Under the pieces are notes generated by a model, which worked only from the letters and a program-made list of their open reading frames with translations, was not told the origin of the DNA and made no database searches. Below, one piece after another: positions 36,915 through 45,877 of a DNA stretch of 63,582 nucleotides. Location of the stretch: positions 1-63,582 of IMG/VR virus record IMGVR_UViG_3300046011_007723. One strand, 5' to 3'. The first letter of the stretch is position 1; every line of letters begins with the position of its first letter. Both the position numbers and the translations under genes were made by a program. This DNA comes from a virus (Duplodnaviria; Caudoviricetes).

Positions 36915-38852
36915 TTAAAAGGTTGTAGTGGTTGTGCCTTCTGCGTAATCTATCGAATACGTTTCTAAAAAGTAAGCCATTGATGGTCTGTTTAAAGATA
37001 TAGACCCAATATCTGTAAACTGTATAGATTCTGATAAAGGCTTATTAAAAATTTTTGTTCTAACATCAGATGCTGTAATAGTTTCTGTTAAATTTTTACC
37101 TAGAATTTTATAATAAAATTCAGAATATGTAATATTTTCAAAAAAGTTTTTATTTATTAATTTATATGAATTATCTGGTATATTAACAGAATCAGTTAAT
37201 AACGCCTTTCCAAACAATTTACTTCTACTATCTGTTCCAGTAATAGTATCAAAAAATGGCTTTTCAATGAGAGTAGAGTGATTATCAGTGAATAGTAAAA
37301 TTTCTTTGAATAATTTTTTGAAGAAATATCCAATTTGCTCAATAGAAAGTGAAGCATCAATAGTATTATTTAATGCGTATTCACCAAACATCAAATAGCC
37401 GGCTGGGTTTACCACATTCTTAACAATATCTTTGTACAATTTAATATCTTCTGATACTTTAATAGCATAAGAATAAATTTGATAATAATAGTTATCTTGT
37501 AACACAAATGCATCAGAAGGAAACCCATTACTGGTTGTGTATGTTCCTGGATATTTACGAATAACACCCATCAAAACCTGAACGATAGCCGTATTTTCAT
37601 CAGAAATATAATATCCTGGAGTAACCGTATAATCTGAATGGAATGTTGCTAATGTTGAACCAGCGTAATCAGGAGCAGCATAATTTATGAAATAATTTTG
37701 ATATGTAATTATACCATCTTCAACAAACCCGCTTGTGTAGTCATACAAATAAGATGGATCAAACGTTTCAGATTTATTGAATCCAGAAACCAAATTGAAA
37801 TACACATCATCAACATAACCTGAACCAAAGGAAATTAATTGTAAAGATTCAATACCGCCGGCTGAATTAATTTTAACGACCTTACATTTTCCACCATTTC
37901 CATTTGCACTGTTTAAATCATATATTTGACCAAGTTTGAATTTACTGCCTTTCTTTTCAATTCTGATATTAGCAATGGTTGGTTGTATTGTACACCAAAT
38001 ATCTTCAAATAAAATAGAATTATAAACTTCTAAATCTTCATGGTAAAAAGAATCCATAAAGATTTCGTATTGCCCGTTATTTACCGCCCTAACTCTGCTA
38101 ACATAAACTTCAATTGTTTTATATTCTGTTTGTATGCTAACATATTTACCGGTTAACGCATATGGGTCTACGACTGAAGTTTTAAACTGAATAGAAGAAA
38201 CAGCTTCAATATAAGCTTGGTCTGCTAATGTTAATTTTGTATCAGATTGTATAGATTGTACTGTACCAATAATTACATTAGTATCTGTTTTATGTAGTAT
38301 AGAACCAATTTGTATATTTGTAAACTGAGTATTATACCCCGTCACAATTCTACTGGTTTTAGATATAGAAATCGACCCAGTTTGGTATTCATACGTTTTA
38401 TCATTTAACCACGCAGTTGATATTCCTTTATCGTTAGGGTTAACTGATACAAGAACAGAGACTTCTTGTTTCCATCTTCCATCAGAAGCCTTTAAAATGA
38501 AATCTTTTGGATAAAAAATATCAATCTCTTTACCAAACAAATGTCTAAACAATATTCTTAAAGATTCTTCTGAACCCTTAGCTGAATAAAATTCTTTAAT
38601 ATGTTTTAAAAGTAATTTTTCATCTGTAGTGTTTATCGTAGGTAAATCTGAAATCCCTAACTCAGATTTAATCTGTTCTACAAATATATCTAAATTATCG
38701 TCTAATGATTTTAAATTACCAAACGCCCTAAACTCTGTTTTTTCAATATACGAATAATACAGTTCTAAAAATTTTATGAAATTACTATATTTTGGTATGG
38801 TAAATTCAGGAAATTGAGACGATATTATTGAGGATAGTTTAGTTTTATCCAT
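36915..38852 (-). CDS. gp7: Baseplate wedge initiator gp7-like
   Basis: I.SQFPEF...F..FLE.YY, IKEFYSAKGSEES...LFR.LF, YPK..ILKASDG.W, LQD.YYYQ.YSY.IK, NPAG..MFGE. Confidence 0.8.
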   Translation of the reverse strand: MDKTKLSSIISSQFPEFTIPKYSNFIKFLELYYSYIEKTEFRAFGNLKSLDDNLDIFVEQIKSELGISDLPTINTTDEKLLLKHIKEFYSAKGSEESLRILFRHLFGKEIDIFYPKDFILKASDGRWKQEVSVLVSVNPNDKGISTAWLNDKTYEYQTGSISISKTSRIVTGYNTQFTNIQIGSILHKTDTNVIIGTVQSIQSDTKLTLADQAYIEAVSSIQFKTSVVDPYALTGKYVSIQTEYKTIEVYVSRVRAVNNGQYEIFMDSFYHEDLEVYNSILFEDIWCTIQPTIANIRIEKKGSKFKLGQIYDLNSANGNGGKCKVVKINSAGGIESLQLISFGSGYVDDVYFNLVSGFNKSETFDPSYLYDYTSGFVEDGIITYQNYFINYAAPDYAGSTLATFHSDYTVTPGYYISDENTAIVQVLMGVIRKYPGTYTTSNGFPSDAFVLQDNYYYQIYSYAIKVSEDIKLYKDIVKNVVNPAGYLMFGEYALNNTIDASLSIEQIGYFFKKLFKEILLFTDNHSTLIEKPFFDTITGTDSRSKLFGKALLTDSVNIPDNSYKLINKNFFENITYSEFYYKILGKNLTETITASDVRTKIFNKPLSESIQFTDIGSISLNRPSMAYFLETYSIDYAEGTTTTTF

Positions 38853-38854
38853 GA

Positions 38855-40669
38855 TTATCTACTCTTTGTAAATACATAACTAGAACCACCAAATGCAGTT
38901 GAATCAACAATAGCATCAATCTTTATGTTATTTGTGTCTAATTGAACAATGTTATGTTGTCTTGAAATAACATCATTAGAAGACGGCTTAATTAAAAATT
39001 CAAATTTTGTTCCGACTAACCTTGAAATTGAAACTTCAGTCAAATTAATAGTGCCACCCAAATAATTTACAGTTCCAAATGTACCAGCAGAATAAATTTT
39101 ATTGTATTCTGAATCCAACGAATATTTTTTAAGATTACCAAGACCATCATCTTCTAAATAAAATATAGTTGATGTATCTCCCGTAATATAGAATCCAGTA
39201 GTAGTTACTGCTTCCTCAGGTACACCAGCTGAATAAATAGGGTTATGTAAATCTATTGTATATGGCGTTTTTGTATTGAAGTAAACGTTAATTGGTCTAC
39301 GAATCAAAATATTAGTTATGTTAGATAAAATAGATTTATCAACATTGTCTATCAATTTTAAGAATTTAGAGTATCTGAAAACTGAATCAAATTTCTTAAG
39401 GTTTGTATCGTTATATTCTCTAACAACATTATCAATCGCTGTTATTAAATCATTTTTGGTTCTAGTGGTAGCCGCCTTATCATAATGCGCTACAATATCA
39501 ACTTGTAAATTGATATAATTTGGATCTACAAATTCTGGTGTAACACCTATGACGTTTCTGTTTTTCAACAAATCTACTTTGATTAATTCTTTTTCAGACG
39601 TTGATAATTTGTTAGAATATTTTGGTTTAATACACATAAACACTTTACCGTAGACCGGCGGTATATTATCTTCACCACCCCAAACGTTAATCGTATCTAT
39701 ATTGGTGTAGTTAGCCTTTATAACAGAAAGATAGTCATTAGCTGTTACCGCCCTATTATGTGAATTCAATAATTTTGGAGCGTTAAATCTAATTTCAGAT
39801 GCTGTTTCTGGTTCATCACCACCAGAAGATGGCATAACAGTAATAACAAAAGATGAACCACCCAGTTCAATAATGCTTCTTGTTAACGCAAATTGTCTAA
39901 TATCGTTAGCATCTGCTCTATTAGTGATAAAGTATTCAATCGTTACAATATTTCCGTTTGTTAACGCCTTACCTAATTTATCATTTCCAAATGTAACTTC
40001 AAAATTATTGTCGTAAATTTCTCTTAGGAAAAATACAGTATCTGTTGATTTTACATTAAGGATATCATTTGCTAATGTATATGTTGTAACATTAGTTGAT
40101 GAAGAAGATTCTTTTACGAAAATTTTTACCGTATCAACGTCAACATTTTTGTTAGAAATAATATATTTTGTTGTATCATAAACAGTATATGTTTCATAAT
40201 TTGGGATGCCTTCTTTAATCTCTATAGCATTTGCTCTATAAACTCCATTTATAGGTACAATAGGAATATCTTCCGTATTATAAAAGAAATATGGGGTTCC
40301 GTTAGAGTTACAAGAAAACGCAGAATATTTTGGCAAAATAGCTGAAGCCGGCGTTAACGTAGGATTAGAAATAATTAAATCCACTACAGCAGTTGCGCAT
40401 TTAGCCGATCTAGGAGTGTAACCAAGAGTACTCGCTAAAGATACAACACTTTCCCTTTTTGACGCGGTATCTAAAAAAGATTCATTAAGCGCCATATTTG
40501 TATACAGCGAATTGTAGTGAGTATTGTATGCAAGCAAATCAACTAAGATAGATAAACCAGAACCCTCAAAATCATAATCAGATAAAGTTGACTGACCTTT
40601 TAGAAAGTTTTTAAGATTATTTTTTATGTTATCAAAGTCAAGTTCAGAAACATTTATTTGTTTATTCAT
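38855..40669 (-). CDS. gp6: Baseplate wedge subunit gp6
   Basis: SELDFD.IK.NLK.FL, DYDFEGSGLS.L.DLLAYNTHY, NESFLDTA..RESVVS.A..LGYTP.S, RAVTA.DY, WGGEDN.PP.YGKVF. Confidence 0.93.
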   Translation of the reverse strand: MNKQINVSELDFDNIKNNLKNFLKGQSTLSDYDFEGSGLSILVDLLAYNTHYNSLYTNMALNESFLDTASKRESVVSLASTLGYTPRSAKCATAVVDLIISNPTLTPASAILPKYSAFSCNSNGTPYFFYNTEDIPIVPINGVYRANAIEIKEGIPNYETYTVYDTTKYIISNKNVDVDTVKIFVKESSSSTNVTTYTLANDILNVKSTDTVFFLREIYDNNFEVTFGNDKLGKALTNGNIVTIEYFITNRADANDIRQFALTRSIIELGGSSFVITVMPSSGGDEPETASEIRFNAPKLLNSHNRAVTANDYLSVIKANYTNIDTINVWGGEDNIPPVYGKVFMCIKPKYSNKLSTSEKELIKVDLLKNRNVIGVTPEFVDPNYINLQVDIVAHYDKAATTRTKNDLITAIDNVVREYNDTNLKKFDSVFRYSKFLKLIDNVDKSILSNITNILIRRPINVYFNTKTPYTIDLHNPIYSAGVPEEAVTTTGFYITGDTSTIFYLEDDGLGNLKKYSLDSEYNKIYSAGTFGTVNYLGGTINLTEVSISRLVGTKFEFLIKPSSNDVISRQHNIVQLDTNNIKIDAIVDSTAFGGSSYVFTKSR

Positions 40670-41727
40670 TATCGTGTACGTTCCAATGTTAAGTTAAGCG
40701 TGTACGGCAAATTAGATTCTGCAATGTAAAATTCAATATTAATTTTTGCCGAATTTGTACTGTCTTCTGGACTAACAAGAACATCAACTTGCGTTACCGT
40801 TGCTCTTGGTTCATAATCGAATATCACTTCTTTGATGGTTCGTTTAATGATTTGCGCATATGCAGCAGAACCACCAGCAAATAAAAGATTTGTGATTTGT
40901 GAACCTAAATTTGAATTAAATGGTCGTTCATAATTTATTGTTCTTACAAGGTGTTCTATTGAAGTTTTTACCGCGTTAGCGTCAATCTTAAAGGTTATAT
41001 CGCCTGGGTGCGAAAATGTAAAATTAGCATCTGATATTGTAATAAAATTACTAGAATCTTCAAGCTCTATTACAAATATCACATGTTCAATATTTTCAAG
41101 AACATTATCTGTTACCGTTTTTATTTGAACATAGGCGTTATACACATTTTGAGATTTCTCATCAAATGTTAATGTACCACTAAGATAGTCTGAAATATTA
41201 AAACTCAAATCTGAATTTCTAGGATATTCACCAACAACATCATAAGAATCTAATCCTAAAATTTTATATTTTATAGGGTAATTTTCTGTGTCTGAAAAGT
41301 TTGTAGTTATATCAAACCGGATGACACCAGATTCTATTTGATTATTGGATAGGTTGGAAATATCTAAATAATATTCTAGTCCATTTCTTTTAAATTTAAA
41401 AGTTGACTGTGATATTGTAGAATAGGTTAGCTGTAAATATGTTTCGTCATACAAATCTGTCATTATTGATAATAAAGCATTATTGTATAACGTTAATGAC
41501 GCATCAGATTCTATAGATTTAACCTTACCTACGAATGAATTCGAAACATAAAGGTTGTCATCTATAGAAAGATAACGGGTGAATTCGGTATCAAACCCAG
41601 TTACAATTGGTGAGCCTGATGTATATGTAAGATATCCTTTTCCTGAAATGCGTTCAAATGCCGATGGGTTAGGCATAAAGTTGAGGTCAATATCTCTATA
41701 GCGTTTTAGTGTTGACATATTCTGCAT
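40669..41727 (-). CDS. gp25: Baseplate wedge/sheath initiator gp25 with a ~215-aa internal insertion
   Basis: N-terminal YRDIDLNF.PNP; C-terminal GDI..KID.NAVK.SI..LV.T...ERPF....GS.I..LLF...I..YEPR....V...LERTR. Confidence 0.85.
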   Translation of the reverse strand: MQNMSTLKRYRDIDLNFMPNPSAFERISGKGYLTYTSGSPIVTGFDTEFTRYLSIDDNLYVSNSFVGKVKSIESDASLTLYNNALLSIMTDLYDETYLQLTYSTISQSTFKFKRNGLEYYLDISNLSNNQIESGVIRFDITTNFSDTENYPIKYKILGLDSYDVVGEYPRNSDLSFNISDYLSGTLTFDEKSQNVYNAYVQIKTVTDNVLENIEHVIFVIELEDSSNFITISDANFTFSHPGDITFKIDANAVKTSIEHLVRTINYERPFNSNLGSQITNLLFAGGSAAYAQIIKRTIKEVIFDYEPRATVTQVDVLVSPEDSTNSAKINIEFYIAESNLPYTLNLTLERTR

Positions 41728-41747
41728 TAAATTTAAAGTGAAGATAC

Positions 41748-41835
41748 TAATATTTAGTGCTTAAAAATAAAACTTTACTTTTTACTCCTAGAAGCGTATA
41801 ATAGCCTAGTCGGGCGTGAATTGAGGCTAAGCGCT
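41748..41835. repeat. 88-bp bidirectional promoter cassette, copy 2
   Basis: Near-identical to 22419-22506; TTTACT 41774-41779, TATAAT 41797-41802. Confidence 0.9.
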
Positions 41836-41869
41836 AAATTAATCATGATATTAACTTTATTGGGTATTT

Positions 41870-42247
41870 ATGGAAATTGAAACTATTACACTAGATGAAG
41901 AACGAATTGAACGATTCTTAAATGAATTTAAAGGTGAAGTTCAACCGTGGACAAAAGATAATCTATTAGAAAAACAAATGTTCAAAGGTTTGTTTGTGAC
42001 TAGACAGGCGGCTATTGAATACCTGTATAAAATGGATGCTGATGTACTAAAGCGTGAAGAATATAAAGATACCGGTATTATGTTACGCAGAGTCAAAGAA
42101 CCTAAATCTGGAACCATTTACACAGAAAGAAGTAAAGAAGGGTTTCCTGGAATATGCTATGATTATTTGTGTTGGTTGATATCAAGTTGGGTGCCAAAAT
42201 CGGATATAAATATAACACAATTTAAAACACCCAAACCAGATAAATGA
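41870..42247 (+). CDS. Hypothetical early protein inserted antisense within the late baseplate block
   Basis: 125-aa ORF behind a sigma70-like promoter and ending at a hairpin. Confidence 0.7.
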   Translation: MEIETITLDEERIERFLNEFKGEVQPWTKDNLLEKQMFKGLFVTRQAAIEYLYKMDADVLKREEYKDTGIMLRRVKEPKSGTIYTERSKEGFPGICYDYLCWLISSWVPKSDINITQFKTPKPDK

Positions 42248-42251
42248 ATTT

Positions 42252-42277
42252 ATTAGGCGGCTAAATACCGCCTAATT
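42252..42277. terminator. Hairpin between convergent genes
   Basis: attaggcgg-ctaaata-ccgcctaat inverted repeat. Confidence 0.7.
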
Positions 42278-42278
42278 C

Positions 42279-45089
42279 TTATTTGTATAAGATAAATGTG
42301 CCGTGTTTATATGTTCCATTTACGCCGGTCATTTTCTTAACATTTTTATCTAAACTTGTATATTCTCTATTATATGCAATATGAATCCAGTTCCAACCTT
42401 TAGCCGTATCATACTCAAGAATCATCTGAGAATAAGCCGGTAACAATTTATCTAATGTTATTGCTAAATTATATACATCTTCATGGGATCTAGCTGGATT
42501 ATACCTAATATCCATAGCCATACCTTTAAAGTGGTCAGAAGTTTTAGACCCACTTTTATTGCCTTCTGTTCTAATACCATCGTTAATAGACCATTTACCA
42601 CTAGGATCTTGCGCTGAGTATTTACCGCTTGTTGGTCCAAGTAAATCATAAATTGGTTCAGCAATATTTTCAGCAAGATAGGCTAAATTATCAACCAACT
42701 CAGAAACAGTATATTTTCTTATCGCGCTTTTAGGGTATATAGATCCAGGAGGTAACATAATATCAGCAATATGTGTTCCTGGTTGTACAAAATTGCCAAG
42801 ACAAAAATGTTTAGAAATTTTAAAGTTTAATGGGAACGATTTATTAGCCGCTATCGTGTTGTGTAAATTTGAGTCGCTTGATAAGTTCAATTTAGATCCT
42901 GGTTTCAATGCATATCCTCCAAGTGATGAATTTGTTAAAGCATCACTCCCTTCCGCGTTAGGCGTTAACTCGTCTTGTGTGTCAATTGTTTTATCTGGTT
43001 GACCCCCATCTAATACTGACCGTTCAGCATTTTGTTTATCAATAAGCGCCTTTCCAGCTGGACTGCTATTGATTTCTTCTTCAGACTCAAACTTCATAGC
43101 AGAATCACAACGGCGTTCACCAGTTTTTAAAGGCTCTAAATTAACGCCAGAACTCGCACGTTTATCAGGATATTTGCCTGTCAATGTACTGCGTTTAAAG
43201 TAGATAGATTCTGATGTTGTATTAGTGGTTTGGTTTTCATCACCAACAACAACAGTAGATTGTGGATTATATGAAACTGTAACAGGAGTTGCTTTTGGTG
43301 CGTCAATTGAACTATCTGTTCCTTTACCGGCTTCTTCTAATTGTGTATGCACATACTCTCCAGAATCTTTTGCTGTTAGTTTAACATATTTTTGAAGTGG
43401 TACTTTACCAGTCAAATTGATATTTCCAGCTTTAATGTATGCGTCGCTACCAAATAACGCAACATTTCCTTTAGCATTCAGCGTGCCAGTTCCATCTGTA
43501 TACAACAACAAATTCCCTTTAGAGTTTATCGTTGTAGTTGTAGCTGACTCCATTCGAATAGCCGCACCCGCCTTAAAGGTTATATCGCTAGGAGATTCAA
43601 AGGCTAATTTACCATATGGAGTTTTAAAAGTCATACCGCCGTATGTTTTCTTTTTCTTATCCTTTTCGTCAGGCAACTCATCAATTTTACCATATTCAAT
43701 GTTGAAGTTTTTGCCTACCGAAATCTCAAAGTTTTCTGCTACATTAATCGATAAGTTATTAGCAACACCAATTGTAGCATCACCGTGATATATCATTTCG
43801 GTGTTACCGTTAACCTCTACCGTTGAATCTCCTTGACATAAAAGATTCATATCACCAACGATTGTTACATTACAAGCGCCCTTAATATAAACATTACCAT
43901 TTCTTTCTGTAATCCAATAACCATCACCAATGATTTGATTTACCTGTGTGCCGTTTTCATCAACTTCGGTATAAGTACCGGCTCTATGGAATAGGTTAAT
44001 CCTTTCAGCATTAGGTGAATCGTCAAACTCTAAAATGTGTCCACTTTCGGATTCCATTACTTTATTGAATGGATACATAGTAGAGTAAGGCGCTGACGGT
44101 TGAGAAAACGATGAATCATTAACCGAAGGAATATCTGTGTTACGCATTGAATCTTTAAATTCAACACAGGTATTTTTAATCATTCCACGAGCAAGCCGGT
44201 TTGTGTCAGCTTCGTTCATGTATTCCCGTAAAGGGTATTTCCCGAATGGGTCTGTGAATCCATTTTTACTTAGGTTTCCGTCACGGTTATCGGTAAGCGC
44301 TTCCTGTTTATATTTTGGATGAGTTTTAATTTCTTCTAAAGAGTGTTGTGCGTCAGTTCCGCCAGCATTTTTGTTTGTTGGTTTTGGGTTAATGATAGAA
44401 TCAACGATCGGAATCGTACCTTTACCGCCGCTAAGAAAAAACTCATAATATTTTCTTTTTTGCGCGATTTGCCCAGCGGGTTCTCCTGGATTAAAATACC
44501 GTTCAATAATGTTGAAAATATTAGGATCTGTTTGTCTACTTTGTAGTTTAGCTAAAGAACCAAACTTACATACCAACAAACATATAAGCGCCCGCGTATC
44601 GTTATTATTTTCACTGCTTAATGCTATTTCAGGATTCTTAACAAAATCTAAATCATCCCACCCCATACCTTTGGCGGCTTTAGTTGCAGCTGAATAAGTA
44701 GCAAACCCCGTTAACTGTACGAACCCTCTACCAAAATACCTAGATCCTTCTTGGTAACTTCCGTGTGGATAACTTGTCCCATACAACCAACCAAAAAACT
44801 GTTCCTTTGTTTTTCTACCGGCTTTAACTGAACCACCATATTCTCGTCGAGCAGCTTCAGTTGCCCGTTTAAATTGCCCTAATGCGGCATAACTATAATA
44901 TGCAGATTCTTCTGTCGCCAAAAACGTACATTCACGCATAAGAATACCGCAAATGGCGGCTTGGCAATTATCGTTTGTTATTCCTGATGCTTCAAGTTGA
45001 GCGATAATACGTTTAAAATTGTTAATTCTAAGTTCGCGTTGTGAACTCTTATTGTAATCGCCAGGAAGATTATCTGTTGCTATAGTCAT
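42279..45089 (-). CDS. gp5: gp5 C-terminal part: GH19-like lysozyme + gp5 beta-helix + M15-like peptidase
   Basis: REC.F..TEE...GSRYFGRGFVQLTG..TY; YPFNKV.ESESGHILEFDD.P.AERI...HR.GTY.E and beta-helix repeats; KISKHF.L...S.TSDH.KG.AMDI...WIHIAY. Confidence 0.85.
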   Translation of the reverse strand: MTIATDNLPGDYNKSSQRELRINNFKRIIAQLEASGITNDNCQAAICGILMRECTFLATEESAYYSYAALGQFKRATEAARREYGGSVKAGRKTKEQFFGWLYGTSYPHGSYQEGSRYFGRGFVQLTGFATYSAATKAAKGMGWDDLDFVKNPEIALSSENNNDTRALICLLVCKFGSLAKLQSRQTDPNIFNIIERYFNPGEPAGQIAQKRKYYEFFLSGGKGTIPIVDSIINPKPTNKNAGGTDAQHSLEEIKTHPKYKQEALTDNRDGNLSKNGFTDPFGKYPLREYMNEADTNRLARGMIKNTCVEFKDSMRNTDIPSVNDSSFSQPSAPYSTMYPFNKVMESESGHILEFDDSPNAERINLFHRAGTYTEVDENGTQVNQIIGDGYWITERNGNVYIKGACNVTIVGDMNLLCQGDSTVEVNGNTEMIYHGDATIGVANNLSINVAENFEISVGKNFNIEYGKIDELPDEKDKKKKTYGGMTFKTPYGKLAFESPSDITFKAGAAIRMESATTTTINSKGNLLLYTDGTGTLNAKGNVALFGSDAYIKAGNINLTGKVPLQKYVKLTAKDSGEYVHTQLEEAGKGTDSSIDAPKATPVTVSYNPQSTVVVGDENQTTNTTSESIYFKRSTLTGKYPDKRASSGVNLEPLKTGERRCDSAMKFESEEEINSSPAGKALIDKQNAERSVLDGGQPDKTIDTQDELTPNAEGSDALTNSSLGGYALKPGSKLNLSSDSNLHNTIAANKSFPLNFKISKHFCLGNFVQPGTHIADIMLPPGSIYPKSAIRKYTVSELVDNLAYLAENIAEPIYDLLGPTSGKYSAQDPSGKWSINDGIRTEGNKSGSKTSDHFKGMAMDIRYNPARSHEDVYNLAITLDKLLPAYSQMILEYDTAKGWNWIHIAYNREYTSLDKNVKKMTGVNGTYKHGTFILYK

Positions 45090-45877
45090 TGTGTTGCCTG
45101 TTCATCTGTTGTTGGTACAATTTTATCAGCAGGATTAAAATTTTTGTTGAAGAATGTCAACATAACATTATCACCATCTGGAGCAAAGAAATATTTTGAT
45201 TTAAACCCATCCACCGGTTGGTCAAATAAAGATTGTTTATCTGCCGACCATTGAGCAGGATTTTCAAGATGTAACACATAAGAAGTTAATTCGTCATCAT
45301 ATGTACCTGAGGCAACAATATCACCATTGCCATCTTTTTCAACTATTCGCCATTCGTTAATACCTAACGTTGCGTTAGTTGTATTGATTAATTGATATAT
45401 GCTATCTGGCATAGTTTCATCTAAGTTAGATTCTTCTGATATAACCCCGTTAACTAAATCCATAACTTTACCAGCCATTTTCTCGACTTCAGCCGCCGCG
45501 TTAGGATTACCAGATGTTGTACCTAAAATACCATTTTCATCAGTAAAGATAACTTCATTATGTGCTTCAGTGTATAACTGAGCAGAAAGTGTTTGAGGAA
45601 TACCGCCTACGCTACCCAACATCAATGGTTGTTGTTCGTATTCATCTACAAAAACTACGACAACCCATGTGCCTGTTACAACACCAGTTGGGCTCCATCC
45701 TATACCATTCATAGATGCGTTATTAATAGGCATTACTGGATATGCCCAAGGTAGCATATCTGTTGGAAGTTCCTCTTTATTTTCTGTATGTTTTCCAACA
45801 ACCCTAACTCTACATCTACCGAGCATTAGTGGATCAAGTCTTGATTCAACCACTCCAAAGAAAAAATTACTCATCAC
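45086..45877 (-). CDS. gp5: gp5 N-terminal OB-fold part as a separate gene
   Basis: FFGVVESR.DPL.LGRCRVRV.G.H......LPT..LPWAYP..P......G.G.SP.G...GTWV...F.D...QQP...G. Confidence 0.9.
   Translation of the reverse strand: MMSNFFFGVVESRLDPLMLGRCRVRVVGKHTENKEELPTDMLPWAYPVMPINNASMNGIGWSPTGVVTGTWVVVVFVDEYEQQPLMLGSVGGIPQTLSAQLYTEAHNEVIFTDENGILGTTSGNPNAAAEVEKMAGKVMDLVNGVISEESNLDETMPDSIYQLINTTNATLGINEWRIVEKDGNGDIVASGTYDDELTSYVLHLENPAQWSADKQSLFDQPVDGFKSKYFFAPDGDNVMLTFFNKNFNPADKIVPTTDEQATQ

Noticed and set aside
41011-41660. Intein or intron in gp25
   Set aside because: No His-Asn/Cys-Ser-Thr splice junction or homing endonuclease motifs; the insert resembles Ig/beta adhesion domains.
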